A DNA stretch of 64,000 nucleotides from Rhodosorus marinus CCMP1338 (lineage: Eukaryota; Plantae; Rhodophyta). A program made the translations under genes and the position numbers. The stretch covers positions 3,472,001-3,536,000 of the forward strand of contig JAMWBK010000001.1 in the NCBI GenBank assembly GCA_029953675.1, read 5' to 3'. This document shows positions 13,831-26,300 of this stretch, one piece after another. The notes under the pieces were generated by a model that did not search any database, was not told the DNA's origin, and saw nothing but the letters and a program-made list of their open reading frames with translations. How positions within the stretch are numbered: position 1 is the first letter of the stretch; each line of letters starts with the position of its first letter.

Positions 13831-14289
13831 ATGGATCTACTAGCACTACTTACCGAAGGAACAGAAGTTTCTGCCATTAGTGGGGATTCTATGTACGCGG
13901 CGAATGCTCACCTGAGTGGAATGTCGGACGATGGTGACAGTCCGAAGGAGAAACCGCGGGGGTTCACTGACGCGACGAAACTGGGGATCAAGAAGAGGAA
14001 GACAGTGGCTTGTGAGTCCGAGAAGCCGCACTTCTGTCCCAAGTGCTTTTCGACTTTCCAGTCCAAGTTTAACCTGCGTATGCACACCCGGGCTGTTCAC
14101 GAACATGATAAGGCGTATAGATGCGATCAGTGCTCATATGCGTGTACGACAAAGGGGACCTTGCGTAGGCACATGCGGATGGTCCACCTCCACGAGCGAC
14201 CGCACAGTTGTTCCGAGTGTGGAAAATGCTTTGCTACAAAGTCTTGTATTCTCCGCCACATGAAGGCACGACACAAGGAAACTGAATGA
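13831..14289 (+). CDS. C2H2 zinc-finger protein (3 fingers), single exon
   Basis: CPKC..H..VH, CDQC..H..VH and CSEC..H..RH with EKP/ERP-type linkers. Confidence 0.93.
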   Translation: MDLLALLTEGTEVSAISGDSMYAANAHLSGMSDDGDSPKEKPRGFTDATKLGIKKRKTVACESEKPHFCPKCFSTFQSKFNLRMHTRAVHEHDKAYRCDQCSYACTTKGTLRRHMRMVHLHERPHSCSECGKCFATKSCILRHMKARHKETE

Positions 14290-14986
14290 ACTGCTTCTTA
14301 TTATAACATCTGCTCGCAGTGGCCCTACCGTGCAAGCGGGCTAACTTGTATTTACACAACTTATATCGCAATAAATGCAAAGATCAATACTGGAAACAGT
14401 CGACAGCCATGGGCTGCGTTAGAGCAACACTAACTCAACAGATCACCAAGAGCGTTAACACGCCGTCGTCGCTGCCTCAGACGCTCGCCACCATCTAAAC
14501 CCACCAGACACTTAGTACTAGCTCGCACCGTCGAGTCTCTTTCAACTCTGCGCGACGGAGCCAACGCTGTAAGCCGCAGTGGCCCAAGGTACCACAGAGG
14601 AAGCAAGTTCGAATAAGTTCACCGGGCCAAGTACGTTAGTAGATTGCGATGCTCATTGTCGCTTTGCGCGTCTAATTGGATCATGATAGCGCAGAGCATC
14701 GAAGTTTGAATGTTTTCACTGGACCAACAGCGTAGAACACTGGATGAAGAGCGGGCCTTCTCCTGTAGTCGTCTGAAGGCGCGATCGTCGTCGTCCTTGG
14801 AGCTGCGAGGCTTCCAATACATCCGCTGTCGACCAGCAGCCATTAGACCAAGAACCTGGCTAAAGTTCCTTGCTCCCGTTCTGCCATCGGCTACCTAGGT
14901 AGCCCGTGCGATTGAGAGCGAAGGCTGCTCTGACGCGCGAATCTCCCCACAAACGGATTGTGCAATGAAACTGCGTCTCATATGAA

Positions 14987-17482
14987 TCAATCGCACTTAA
15001 TAGACTTGTATAAACGTCTGAGAAAGGTTACCGCAGCGTGGTATCCAACAGATCCGAGCATAAGAAAGCACGCGTAGGATACCGAGAACATGTACCCAAG
15101 GAAGTAGCTCACTTGAAGAAACCCGGAGAGGTTCGATCTCAACATCAGGTAATAGATGGAATAGAGGAACAAGTAAATACCTTAAGGAAGAAGCCAGCGC
15201 GATTCATTTCAGCGAGGTTAGTATGAAACGGTACGTGCGGATTCTTCCCACTAACCGGTCGATCCGCCGTTGAATATTGAATTCCACCACCACTCGTGGT
15301 CCTCAGCACAAAGCTGGTAGTAGCTAAACGCTGCGCAGACAAGGGCAGTCACCGCGAGTACAATAATGATCACGATCACGCCAATTCCGTTAAAGGAAAA
15401 GGTTTTATGACCCCACACTGACGCAAAAACGTACGCCAGCTCAACTAGCACCGCTCCGAACGGTAGCAGCCCAGCTAGCACCATCTAGAAGGATTGTCGA
15501 TACAAAGTGCTCAGCGCTGAGACGGAGAGTGACCAAAAACTCCATATCAAATGAAAAGCATCCGGTTCTCACCTGAACTTCCCAACGAAGATATACTGGT
15601 GGCTTGGGGATCTCCCTCCGCGCTTTTGCCGTTCGTATGGGAGCGTTAAAACCAGACTTGCCACTGCGTCTCCCGAGAACAGCGCCAAGGAAAGTCGCCG
15701 GAATAGCTATCAACCCAGTTATACATATCACAGAAGCCATCACCCAAAACGATAACGCCATCGTCGATCCATAGATCTTCGCTATCACGTCGAGAACCGT
15801 CCATACCCCGTAGATTGGACCTACGAAGCAAGGCCAGAACAAGAATGTTCAGCTTCTTCATCTTGTTCTCAAAGGAATCAATGCTACCAATGTCAATTCT
15901 AGGTGACGATGGATAGTCTACTAAGCTAACTTCTGAAGCGGAAGCTTTCGGCTTCTTCTGATCAACAGGTTGTACGACTCTCAGCTTCGCTCGCAAGCCT
16001 CCGGCTTTCGGGTCCGACCCTAGTTGTTTGATGCTAGCTCACCGGTGATGATCGAGCGATACAGAGTCCAGAGTAGGATGGAAGTAGGAGTGATGACAGG
16101 AGGCTTACCCAACGAAATCGTGAGACAAGAGATAGTGCTCAATGCGAGATTTCTCCCATCCATCTGTGTATAGAGTTTCGCACTTGTGTACCCCGCGACG
16201 AGGTTGGTCAAAGCGAAGGTAACAAGAAGAGCAGAATTGAAGGAGCCTCGACGTCCGTGGTAGAGGGTACTCGTCGTTGCCAACAGCACCAAGACGATCA
16301 GAAGGACAAGGACCTTCCCAGAGAGAGAGAGGGCGTTTAGTTTTCGGTTAAAAGAAAGGAGGAGCCCCGGGGTTGGGGGTGGGGGTGGGAGCGGCTGCTG
16401 TACCTGGGTACCCGTCCCAACAACAGCGCAGAAGAGTTCCTTGTACTGAGGAAAACGGAAAACGTCGGATTTGATGATCTTCCATCCGCGTTCATCTTCT
16501 GCCACCATGAGCTCGTCGTGTTCGAGGTCTTCCAGATCGACGCTGGCAGAATACCTCGCAAAGTCGCTGTTCACTGTTCTTAGGAAGATGCTGAGGAGCA
16601 GCATGAACAGCAGAACCGCCGCTGCTGCTGCGTTGATAACCGAGAGCCAGTGCGTTCGTAACTCGTTTGCCTGCAGTCGATCTCTTTCAATGTAACGGTT
16701 CACTCGATGCTGAAACAAGCAACGAATGGGTTCGAATGAGGGACAAGATAGCTCTGCTGATGTCGGAAAGTTTGAACTTACCTCGGTTGGCTTATCGCTC
16801 TCATACCAAGTTACTGAGTAGCTCAAGCTGAATTCCTTCTCACGGCCATGATCAAACTCCACCTCATCTTCAGCAATCACATCTACCTCGACTAGGTAGT
16901 TCTCGTTGTACTTCAGAGCGAAATGAAGCGTCGAATAGACGAAAACTTGGTTCATTAACTCCGGTGCGGCTTCGACTAGGTCACGACCTAAAGGAACCAG
17001 GTTGATAGCTAGCTCATCGATCATCAAGTCGTACTGCGCAAAAGAGAGAAAGACAAACTCCTTCAGAATCCGCGAGAGCTCGCTGAAGAGCCGAATCGCT
17101 GGTAGTTTACATGGTAGTTATTCGTAACCGCCAAACGAAAAGCATTGACATCTTCAGGGGTTAAGACTCCACCACAAATCTTCGTCTTCTCCTGATCCTT
17201 CCTGAACTTCACTGAAACCCCCGTGTTCACCAATCTATCGCCCTGAAGAAGCTCACCGAGCTGCATGTTATGGTACTCCATCCTCTCCGGGATGCATTCT
17301 CGTGGCCAAGGTACTGCGTCGAAGAACTGATACGATTCGCTGGGGTTTGAATACGGCACCATTTTATTCGCCCAGATGACCATTTCATCACCTGAGTTGT
17401 ACTTCGATATTCTCATCCCCCTTGCGATCGATACGCAGAGCACCATCAGGGATGGTATAAATATCCATCTATGCCACGTCAT
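14987..17482 (-). CDS. Transmembrane 9 superfamily (TM9SF/EMP70) protein, 7 exons
   Basis: Signal peptide, ANKMVPYSNPSESY, HWLSVIN, GWKIIKSDVFRFP, REIP, GLLPFGAV, EDHEWWW and a C-terminal IKCD. Introns at 17034-17110, 16710-16781, 16314-16403, 15821-16108, 15485-15572 and 15181-15255. Confidence 0.95.
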
Positions 17483-19660
17483 GTTCTCACTTGATAGCTA
17501 GAAAGCCTCTCCGAACGCCACTGACTAGAGCAGCAGTCCCCCTCCAGCTAAAAGCTTCTATCACTAAGCCTCAATAAAGTGGTTGGAAATGGTCGGAGAG
17601 TCAGCCAACTTCACTAGCCGCCTGAGAGGTGCCCATCAAGAACCTCACGCCTCCGGAAACCGGGGGTGTTAGCTTCAACATCTGTATGCGATGACGATAG
17701 TGGATCAGAGAGAGTCTGTTTTCTGTTCATCGCGTGAAGGAGCTGGTCGCAACTGCAGGGGAGTCAAGCAAATCCTCTTGCAGGTTCAGCTGAGCTTGGC
17801 AACGTCGATGGAGAAGAGCTAGTTGAGCTGTCTAGTCTTGTCATGTGACTCTCTGCCCCGGTCGTCGTCCAATAAATCTAGAGCAGTATACCATTGTCAA
17901 AGCTACCGATTAGGTGTCGATCGTCTCAAAAAAGTCGAGCAACACAAAGCCCATGCGCTATGCGCAGCTCGACTTTTTTTTTTTTGGTTTCTGTATTTAA
18001 GGGCAAGTAGAGCCTTCCTAAAGCAGCTCCGAGCATCACCAGAAACTTAAAACTGCTCAGATGACATGGTATTCGTGTGCGAGTTGAGTTGACTGAGTGC
18101 TTCGATGCAGCGCTGCATTCAAATGCCACCTCTCCCGTAGCTCAAGTTGCCGTAATATGTGCTAAAGTGTCAGCAGAGTTCCAGTCTTTATAAACGATTG
18201 ATATGTTCTCATGTTTGTAAAGACTCATTCATATGAGTCAACTTTCTTTTTTAGACTGACTACAAGGTGACATTTAACATGAAGATAAGGCGGAGCGGAG
18301 CGTGAGCGTGGTTGCGGTGGTTTTCATCGAAGCTGAATGTTTGTTTCTCACTTTCTGCTCGCGAAGGGCGTGGGTAATGGTGGAGGTGTCTCCAGGATTT
18401 TTCACTATGGTTGAGACAAAGAGAGAATTGATTGAACAGCCCTGTTCGAACGTGAGAGGGAGTGATAGTCACAGATCATCTTGAGCTCAGCCCCGATTCT
18501 TCTGCTGCATATTCTCTCGATGAGCATGCGGTCGCCTCTTGGGTACAGGGACTTCTGTTTCTGCCTCGAGACGATTCCTCATCTGGACACGGATCCCTCT
18601 CAGATTGAATTGGCGAAGAAGATCTCGGAAAACCGGAAACCTCTACTAGCCCGCCCAGAGATCTTGTCGGTATCAGCTTGACGCCTAAGCCGAGGAAAGC
18701 AGAAGTTAAGCACGCATTGTACCTCGACGATACTCATCGAGAGAGAAACCGGGTCAACATTCAGCATCCGAAGTCGCACAGCCGATGGATCCGGAACGAG
18801 ACCGCTAGAAGGAAGCTAAGGCTGCGCATAAAGTTCAAACGTCTGTACAACTGCGTTGAACCGCATGTCAACATACTAGTCCCACCCACAGGCCGTTTTC
18901 GATGTACCCTCATCGTCCGCAACGACATGCAGGCTTCAGTGTCGGGAACTCGGTCCCCTATGCCCAAAAAAGAAACACCATCTCCTAAAAATCTTCCATA
19001 ATCAAGACAAGACATCAAAATAAACCGTAAAACATTATCCAAGTATCAAATCTAGTAGCCAAAAACTTAAGTTTTGGTACTTTAATAATCATTTCTGCAT
19101 TATTAAAGAACAACATCCAAGATAAACACAAAAAAGGCGAACGAAATATGAACCAAAAAACATAATTTAGAAAGCAAATCTTTAATATTTCACTAATATT
19201 AAGTAAATATTGTTCTTAATTAAAACATCGGTCCCTATTTCCAGGCTCCGACGACGGCGCCCTATGATTTATCTTTTTTGCACATTGATCAGCAGCAAAA
19301 GCGAGGGGTGGAAAAAGGACGTAAATTGTATCAATGAGGACTTAAGCGAACCCCTTTCAAAACTAAGTGGGCCATAAATTTATATTTTTGGAGTAAAAAT
19401 GGAATTTCCTTGACACCATAGGGGTAAAGTAAAAAAAACCTGGGCGGATTTGGAATTTTCTAGAAGGGGGGTAGGGATTGGTTCAATAGTTTTCTTGTTC
19501 GGTGGCAGTGAAAAGTTCAAAGAGGGACGATGGAGACCGACATGAGAAGGGGGTTAGATGGATGGTTACCTAGTTACTAGGGATCTCTGGAGGTTGAAAA
19601 CTGGGTAGGATAGGGGAATTTCGGGGTAGGAAGGTTGCTTTTTAGAAGAACTGTGAGAAA

Positions 19661-20469
19661 ATGGTTCAGCTCTTTCTGAAGAGAACTGATGGGGCGGTTG
19701 AGTGTATCAACGCACCAGCGACGGTGAGGACGGACGGAATCAATCCTTCTTGAGTCGTCTGCTGGATGTTTTGTTTCTGCGTCCGGCTTGTTCTGTTTTT
19801 TTTTTTTGTACTTTGGGGTTCGCTTTGGTCGCCTGATTTGATTTTCCCTGCGTCTTGGATGGGCGCGTGTCAATCTGTCGCTCGTAGATGTAGTGAGAAG
19901 CGCGAGTCTGGGGGGAGCTTGGAGGGACTCTGGTACCTCCTCGTAGGAACCAGGTTGGGTAGAATGCTGCTCAGATTAGATTTTTTTTGTCTGCGGCGCG
20001 ATTGATTTTGGTTTCCGACGTTCCAGTGACATCCTCAGCTTTCTGATCATGGGTTTTCATGCTTTGTTTCTACTGTTGCTTTTTGTAGATCACCGAGCTG
20101 CGATCTTATGTCGCTGAGCTTGAGGGCGTAGAAGCCTGCGACCTGAGACTGAGCACTGCTGCATATGATCTGAATGACGATGAATCGTTTGACTTGCTAG
20201 AGAACTCAACTCTCTTCGCTCACTTGAGATTGCTCGGTGGAGGAAAGAAGAGGAAGAAGAAGACCTACACCAAGCCGAAGAAGATAAAGCATAAGAAGAA
20301 GAAGGTCCCCAAGGCCGTTTTCAAGTTCTACGAGGTTAAGGCCGATGGAACCATCGAGCGATTAAGGAAGGACTGCCCATCGGAAACCTGTGGGGTGGGT
20401 ACGTTCATGGCCCAGCACAAGGATAGGAGGACTTGTGGCAAGTGCGGAACCACCTTCAAGAATCCTTGA
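19661..20469 (+). CDS. RPS27A: 40S ribosomal protein eS31 (S27a) fused to a divergent ubiquitin-like domain; exons 19661-19723 and 20089-20469
   Basis: GG|[43 protein letters not shown] phase-0 intron joins [21 protein letters not shown] to [13 protein letters not shown]. Confidence 0.93.
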
Positions 20470-22139
20470 AAGCCTTAAGCTCGGGTGCTTCCGAGCGGCG
20501 AGCAGAATCGCTTTTGCTGCTCTTCGCTCTGGAGCGCGAACGCGTTTAGGTTTTTTTTGGTTTCTTCTTCTATTACTGTTTCTAGGAGGCAGAACTTGGG
20601 CCCTCCGATAACTTTGAATCATGTTGACTTTCGTCACATGCAAAAAAAAATGCACAAGTATTACGAATTGGATAAAAAAAGAAAGAGCTGGACAATGATC
20701 GTGAAATCGACTCCTTCCAGACAGATTGGGCCGACCCCGCCCTCCCGCCCCAGAGTCGGGAAGTTCCGTTCCCCGCTCGATCCACCGGCCATGCGTGGCA
20801 CGATCTTCTGGCTGCGTGGACCAAGAAACTAGCTAGTGCCAAGCGCGACCACCCTGTCGAGATGCTCCAGGATATCACAGTGAGTTCATCTTCGAGCCCC
20901 TCATTGGTAGAGGCGTCTGGCCGGCTCTGGAAAGCAACCGCGGACTTCCTTACCCAGGTCACACCGACCACATCTGAATTGTAGAGGGCTCACAGTCTTT
21001 AGACGTTTAGGCGCATTAGTGGCCAGTTGCCCTTGAACGCAGTGCGACTCGACGATTCGATATAGAACATTTTGTCCTTGCGAGTCTATTCTCGCTAGCC
21101 CGTTGAGGAGTTCGCTACCTTTCCCCTAAAACGCCCCAGCTGCTCCTAACCCCACGCTTTCTGACTAATAGTGCAGTGGAGCTTTGAAAGTCGAATGGAA
21201 ATCTAACGGACTGGTTCCTGCCGTTTATCCTCGTTTGTCCAACGCTGTTTTTTGAAGCAGTTGGTCCTGATTCCCGTTGGTTTATCGCCTGCCCCATCTG
21301 CCCTTTTTGTGAACAAGATCGTCGTCGATGTAGACCCGCATTGATTCCACCCTGCGCAAGCCTTCCTTCGCGCATGCATCGTTCCGCGGGGCTTCCCCTT
21401 GCCAAGGTTGCTTCTGGTGATCAGACAGGAACCTTCCCAATCGCCGCGTGCTTTTCCAGTTTTTCTGGTGTGCACGAGCACATGCTCGTCTGCCCGCAAC
21501 TAACGTTTCATCGTTTTTTGGGGGAGGGCTCGAGACTGCCCTGCAAGTTTCTCTACCGTACACCCCCCATCACGATTTCGCCTGTGGTTGCTTGCTTCCA
21601 AGAAGCAACCCGAAGGAACCGTGATATCTACGCACCAACCTGAAAGGCCTGTATCACAGGGAGGATGCTTCTGCGGATTCCATGAATAACCGTCGCCATC
21701 GCACCTCGCGAACGTTTTGCCCTCAGCACTTGGAAAGCTCGCTATGGAGAACTGTATACAAGCGTTGTCGCTCCGTGATTGATATAGGATATGGCCATTG
21801 CCGAGGAAGCGTGGTCCTCTGCATACGCATGGTTATATCAGATCCTTCCAAACTCAACTCTCTCTCCATCAATCTGACTGTTTTTGGGCACGCTAACCCT
21901 GCGCGTTATCAGAGATCTAGCTAGCGCACCCGGTGGACAATGGAGAAAGCTGGAAGAAGAGCTTGTGAACATATCCTATCAACATCAAGTGGATCTTGAA
22001 CGGCAGCTTATACCCTCACATACGACGAGCGACAGACAATTGAGGACGCACTGTATGGTCTGTCGAAAATTTATGATCGTTTGGAAAGGATCGATGGATG
22101 CTCTACATCCCTTGCAACAACCAAGCGAAAGGTGGCTGT

Positions 22140-22450
22140 CCTGTACTTTCAACGGCTGACTGTGTTGCACGGTGAACTCGCGGGAGGATAACAATTTCTA
22201 TGCAATCTCCTTCTCCCGTTCACCTGCTTCCCGTGGTTGTTCGGTTTATGACATAACAATCTTTGTTTCCAATATTTCTTGGGCATATCCCAACACCCCC
22301 TGTACAATGATAACCCCATCCTCCGTCGATGCACTAACCTCACCTCTACGACCCTCAGATCCCACACTCCTAGACATCCATCGGCGCTGCTAGTGAGAAC
22401 ACTTTTTAAGCCGTGTCCTAGTTCTGAGATATCGCTCACGTAGTCCAACA
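22140..22450 (-). pseudogene. WDR55/Jip5-like WD40 relic with frameshifts and deletions (or an error-rich consensus of a real gene)
   Basis: Collinear fragments DYVSDI..VLTSSADGCLGVWDLR, ASTEDGVI and HSQPLKVQD resemble recalled WDR55 motifs (EYIADM..LLTASGDGCLGIF, TGSTDGVI, HDQRLKFWD) but sit in different frames with about 60 aa missing. Confidence 0.5.
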
Positions 22451-23078
22451 CGAGAACAAAACTTGACAAGTCAAAACGGTAAGGTGCAACTCCGAATTTT
22501 TTAATTTTCATTATCGCGCTAAACAGAGTCCAGCTAAAGACTGAACACTGTATATACAGACAAAGCCGCTGCTCCAGAAGTCTCAAAGAACTTCACGCAT
22601 ATCGCTCACAACCCTTTCCTAATCTCGTCAAAAAACACATTAGGCTCAACCGCATCGTACCAGGCCCTTTTCTCCTCTCTTCCGCCTCAAGCTCAACGCC
22701 TCGATACCCCCACCCAAACGCAAACTCTCCCTCACTTCTCCATCACTTTCATCTTTGTAACGGTCAATAAACATCTTCGATATCTCTCGACCATAAATTT
22801 TCTGTCAACCATATTTCTCCTCCATTCGAGCTCAGACTGCCTAACAAAATAATATAGCACGCTGACTCTTCAAATCTCAAGTTCCCATTTTTGGGTTTTT
22901 CCAGAATTAACCGCTTCTTCAAGCAACTGAAATTACATAGAATACTAATACACCTTTTATCGGTCACATGGCATCTGTCCTAAAAAATACTCGGACTTTG
23001 GTGGTGCACATGCTCAAATCGTTTCGACGCGTTCACGTCTAAATCATTATTCGAATCATGTAGAGCCCGTCCAGGCTC

Positions 23079-23393
23079 CTAGATCCTCAGCAGCTTGGGC
23101 AACGGCAACTCGCTCGGCTCGGGAACCCGCGTTTCGAACGTTAACCCCGCGAACTTGCTAGGGCTCACACGCCTCGGATACCTCGAGCTGCTCCTCGACT
23201 TCCGTTCGCTCTTCGGAGTTCTAGTCTCCACAAAGAACCCTTCCTCCTTATCCCAAACCCGAATGGAGCTCTCGTCCAGAGAATCTCTCTCAAAGTCTTC
23301 CGACCCAGAACTATACACCTTCATTCCTTCGTTTACTTCATTCGCGTCCGGAACAAAGAACGGTACCAACTCCCTATAGCCTCTCGCTGACAT
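23079..23393 (-). CDS. Small disordered protein with a C-terminal PNRC/Edc1-type motif (putative decapping co-activator)
   Basis: 104-aa ORF ending KFAGLTFETRVPEPSELPLPKLL, matching the (Y/F)AGxxF..LPxP motif. G-rich 5' flank on the minus strand. Confidence 0.7.
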   Translation of the reverse strand: MSARGYRELVPFFVPDANEVNEGMKVYSSGSEDFERDSLDESSIRVWDKEEGFFVETRTPKSERKSRSSSRYPRRVSPSKFAGLTFETRVPEPSELPLPKLLRI

Positions 23394-26300
23394 TCTTCTC
23401 TTTATATAAAACTCTTCTAGATATAAAACTTTCCGTCTTCTTCAGCTCCAAAATACATAAAAACAAACACCACCAACGGCCCTTAGCCTCTCTTCCTTAG
23501 CTGCCTCAAAGCGCTCTCTCACCTTATTCATCAAAACTGTCTCTTCCGAAGTCGCTTCTATCTCTTCCCTCCCTCCCTCCCTCCCTCCTCACCATCCTGC
23601 TCCAGCGTCTTCATTCCGGCGTTTATAAACCTCCTCAAAAAGCCTCCAGAAGGCACTTTTTTCAAAGATAGACTATTTTACCAGCACCCTGACAACACCC
23701 CCCCCCCCCGTTACAATCATCTTCCACACCTTTCATAACCTTATTAATAATTTCAAAACTTACCGTTTTCGATTCTTCTAGTGTGTTCCTACCCCTTCCC
23801 TATCTGTCAGTCATTTATAGACCACATAGAGGGGGTCATATTCTCCGACATGACGTTTTCAATTAACAAAAACTAATCGTTCAACATAAATAAATTTTAT
23901 CCTTTTTGCGGTGCCAGCTGTGCTTAGAGATAATTCCAGCCTGCCGTTTTCCGTCATTTCACCACAACGAGAGGGGGGCAGGGAGGGGAGGAAAAGGATA
24001 AGAGCTGGTTGGCACACCCCTTACAGTATGTCAAGCAATTTCAATCATGACTAAGATTTTATACCCCTCAGTATTCTTATCTTGCTTACGTTTATTCAAT
24101 AAATACTACAATTTATTATTGTTTTAGGATATGACGGTGCAAGAAATGACCCTGTGGTAAATTGATTTGGCCTTGAGATCAGCGCAGATTGGGAGTGGTT
24201 ACGTCTTTAAGGGGTGTACTTGTTACGTACCCTATCATGACGGTGAATTATGGAGGTCTAGTACGAGAGGGTACAAGGGGGAACGTTCTCGAGAGGACGT
24301 TTTCGTAATTTATAAATTGCGTTAAATATGGAAAAGTTTTCATTGTAGATGTTTCCCCCGAGAGGGGTGAGGGGGAGTGCAAACCTGCTTCTTACCGACT
24401 TTGTTGATTGCAATGTGGCAAAAAAAAGAGGTGTGGATAGTACAGGGGGGTTTACGAATTTTGCAGTAGTCGCTTCAAGAAGATACGTAAAAAGTATCGC
24501 ATGGTAGAATTAATTTCAATGATTTGAATGAACATCTGTTCGTTGGTACACACCTTGTGGCTCGCCTTTTTGTTTGGCTTCCTATCCAATGAATACAGAA
24601 TTCAATAGTACTCTGAAGTGATTGGCTAAATCACCAATGCAAAATCCAATGATATAGAGAGAATCTGATCTCGCAACCCAATCACCGGGAGGGATGAAAG
24701 AGTAGAGGTAAGGGGCAGACTGATGAAAAGTCTTGGAATGAATTGTAGTTTGAAATTCTTCATGGATTCAAATATATTCTTATTTGTAAGGGAGTTACCA
24801 CCGCCCTCAGCACGAGAAGAAGAAGAACAATCAGGAAAAGGATGCTCTTCCCTTGGAAGAAAAAGAAAGAAACTGTTCAGAAAATCTGGCCACAGTGAGG
24901 ATTTCTCCAGTGCTTACACGCCCTGACCAGCATGTAGCAAGAGTAAACTTCCAATACATTTTGCGAAACCCCTCCCCCCCTTTTCTTCAAATCAAACTTG
25001 TCTTCAATAGGTTTCGAAATTTGATATTTGGTGGATATGCAAGTTTTTTCCAGGGGGGAGGGGGTGTCTTTTTTTTGCCCTGTTGGCCTCCATACCTAAA
25101 ATAGAACCCCGTCCAGCACCCAGCACCCCCCTTCCCCTTTCGTCACAATCAATTTTTTTTGTGTATATTTGGTTGATGGGAAAATCGGGAACCAAAGCAT
25201 TTCTCTAGGCGATGAGGAGAAGCGCTGGAGATTCTTTGCCGGAAAGAAAACTTTTTAAAATCAAGAGTACCTATCAGCAGCCAAAGCCCAAACTAATCTG
25301 GGCTGCACTTGCACAGTATCCAAATAGACTGTCTAGATTATGACACACACAAAACAAGAACGTAAGGTATATAACTTAAAGAATAAAAATATGTATCTTT
25401 TTGTGCCTGTTATAAAGTACAAACTATATAGAATTCAGGGAACTCGTACATGTTTTAAGAATTTTGGAATTGAGATGCCCTAACTCTCCATTCTGGCACT
25501 CAATTTTGAATCAAAAGACTACGAAAGTACACATATTCTTGGGCTCCCAACCCGCGTCAGATTCAATGCGGCTCCATATTTCTCACCAATCATACTGCGA
25601 TTTATAATCATATGGACAGACTGTCGTCAAATAGACCAATGAATATGGAATACTTGCCTCAGACAGCCTGTCCGAATTAGACTTCGACGTTGTGATTGGC
25701 AACCCTTCCAGACCCCTCGGAGTGCAGGCTGCGGGAGGAGCGCAGGTGCAGCAGGTTTTTTTTCTTGCCCACTGCTTCAGGCTTTGTTGGGCAGATCGTG
25801 CTAATCCTTCTGTGAGCAAGTAGTACAGGATGCTAACTAAAGATTCTCGTTAGTTTGATGTGTCTCCATCTTCATCAAATCATCAGTTTCTCGTACTGAT
25901 GACGCTCGCCCCGTGCCATCAGATTTTTGATGCGCAATAAGATCCCCCTCTTGCGTTCGGGCGGAATGCGACCGCGACTGTAATTTGGCTCTCTTTGTGT
26001 AAACAGCCCAACATTCTTGATGCAAGAACCAGTGCTCCGCCCACCCGAGAGATTGATGGCGCATGACAATGGCACATGAATGCTACTGCTCCGAACGCAT
26101 ATTTTTGTGGGCTTGTGTGCTTGGGCTGACGGACAAGGTGTATAACTTGAAGCTCGACAAAAATTAGTCGCTCTGCGCTCCAGGGAGCAGGCGCACTCAC
26201 TGCAAAAGCAACCTTTCACAGTTGACTTCCACCTCAGAGAGCTTCCCGTTTGCGGATGAAACCATGCTAGTAGATGCAACCACTTTCTGTGGCAAGGGTG

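Noticed and set aside
15815-15870. Apparent frameshift in TM9SF (LNILVLA / CFVGP)
   Set aside because: Resolved by a canonical intron 15821-16108, which gives the expected spacing.
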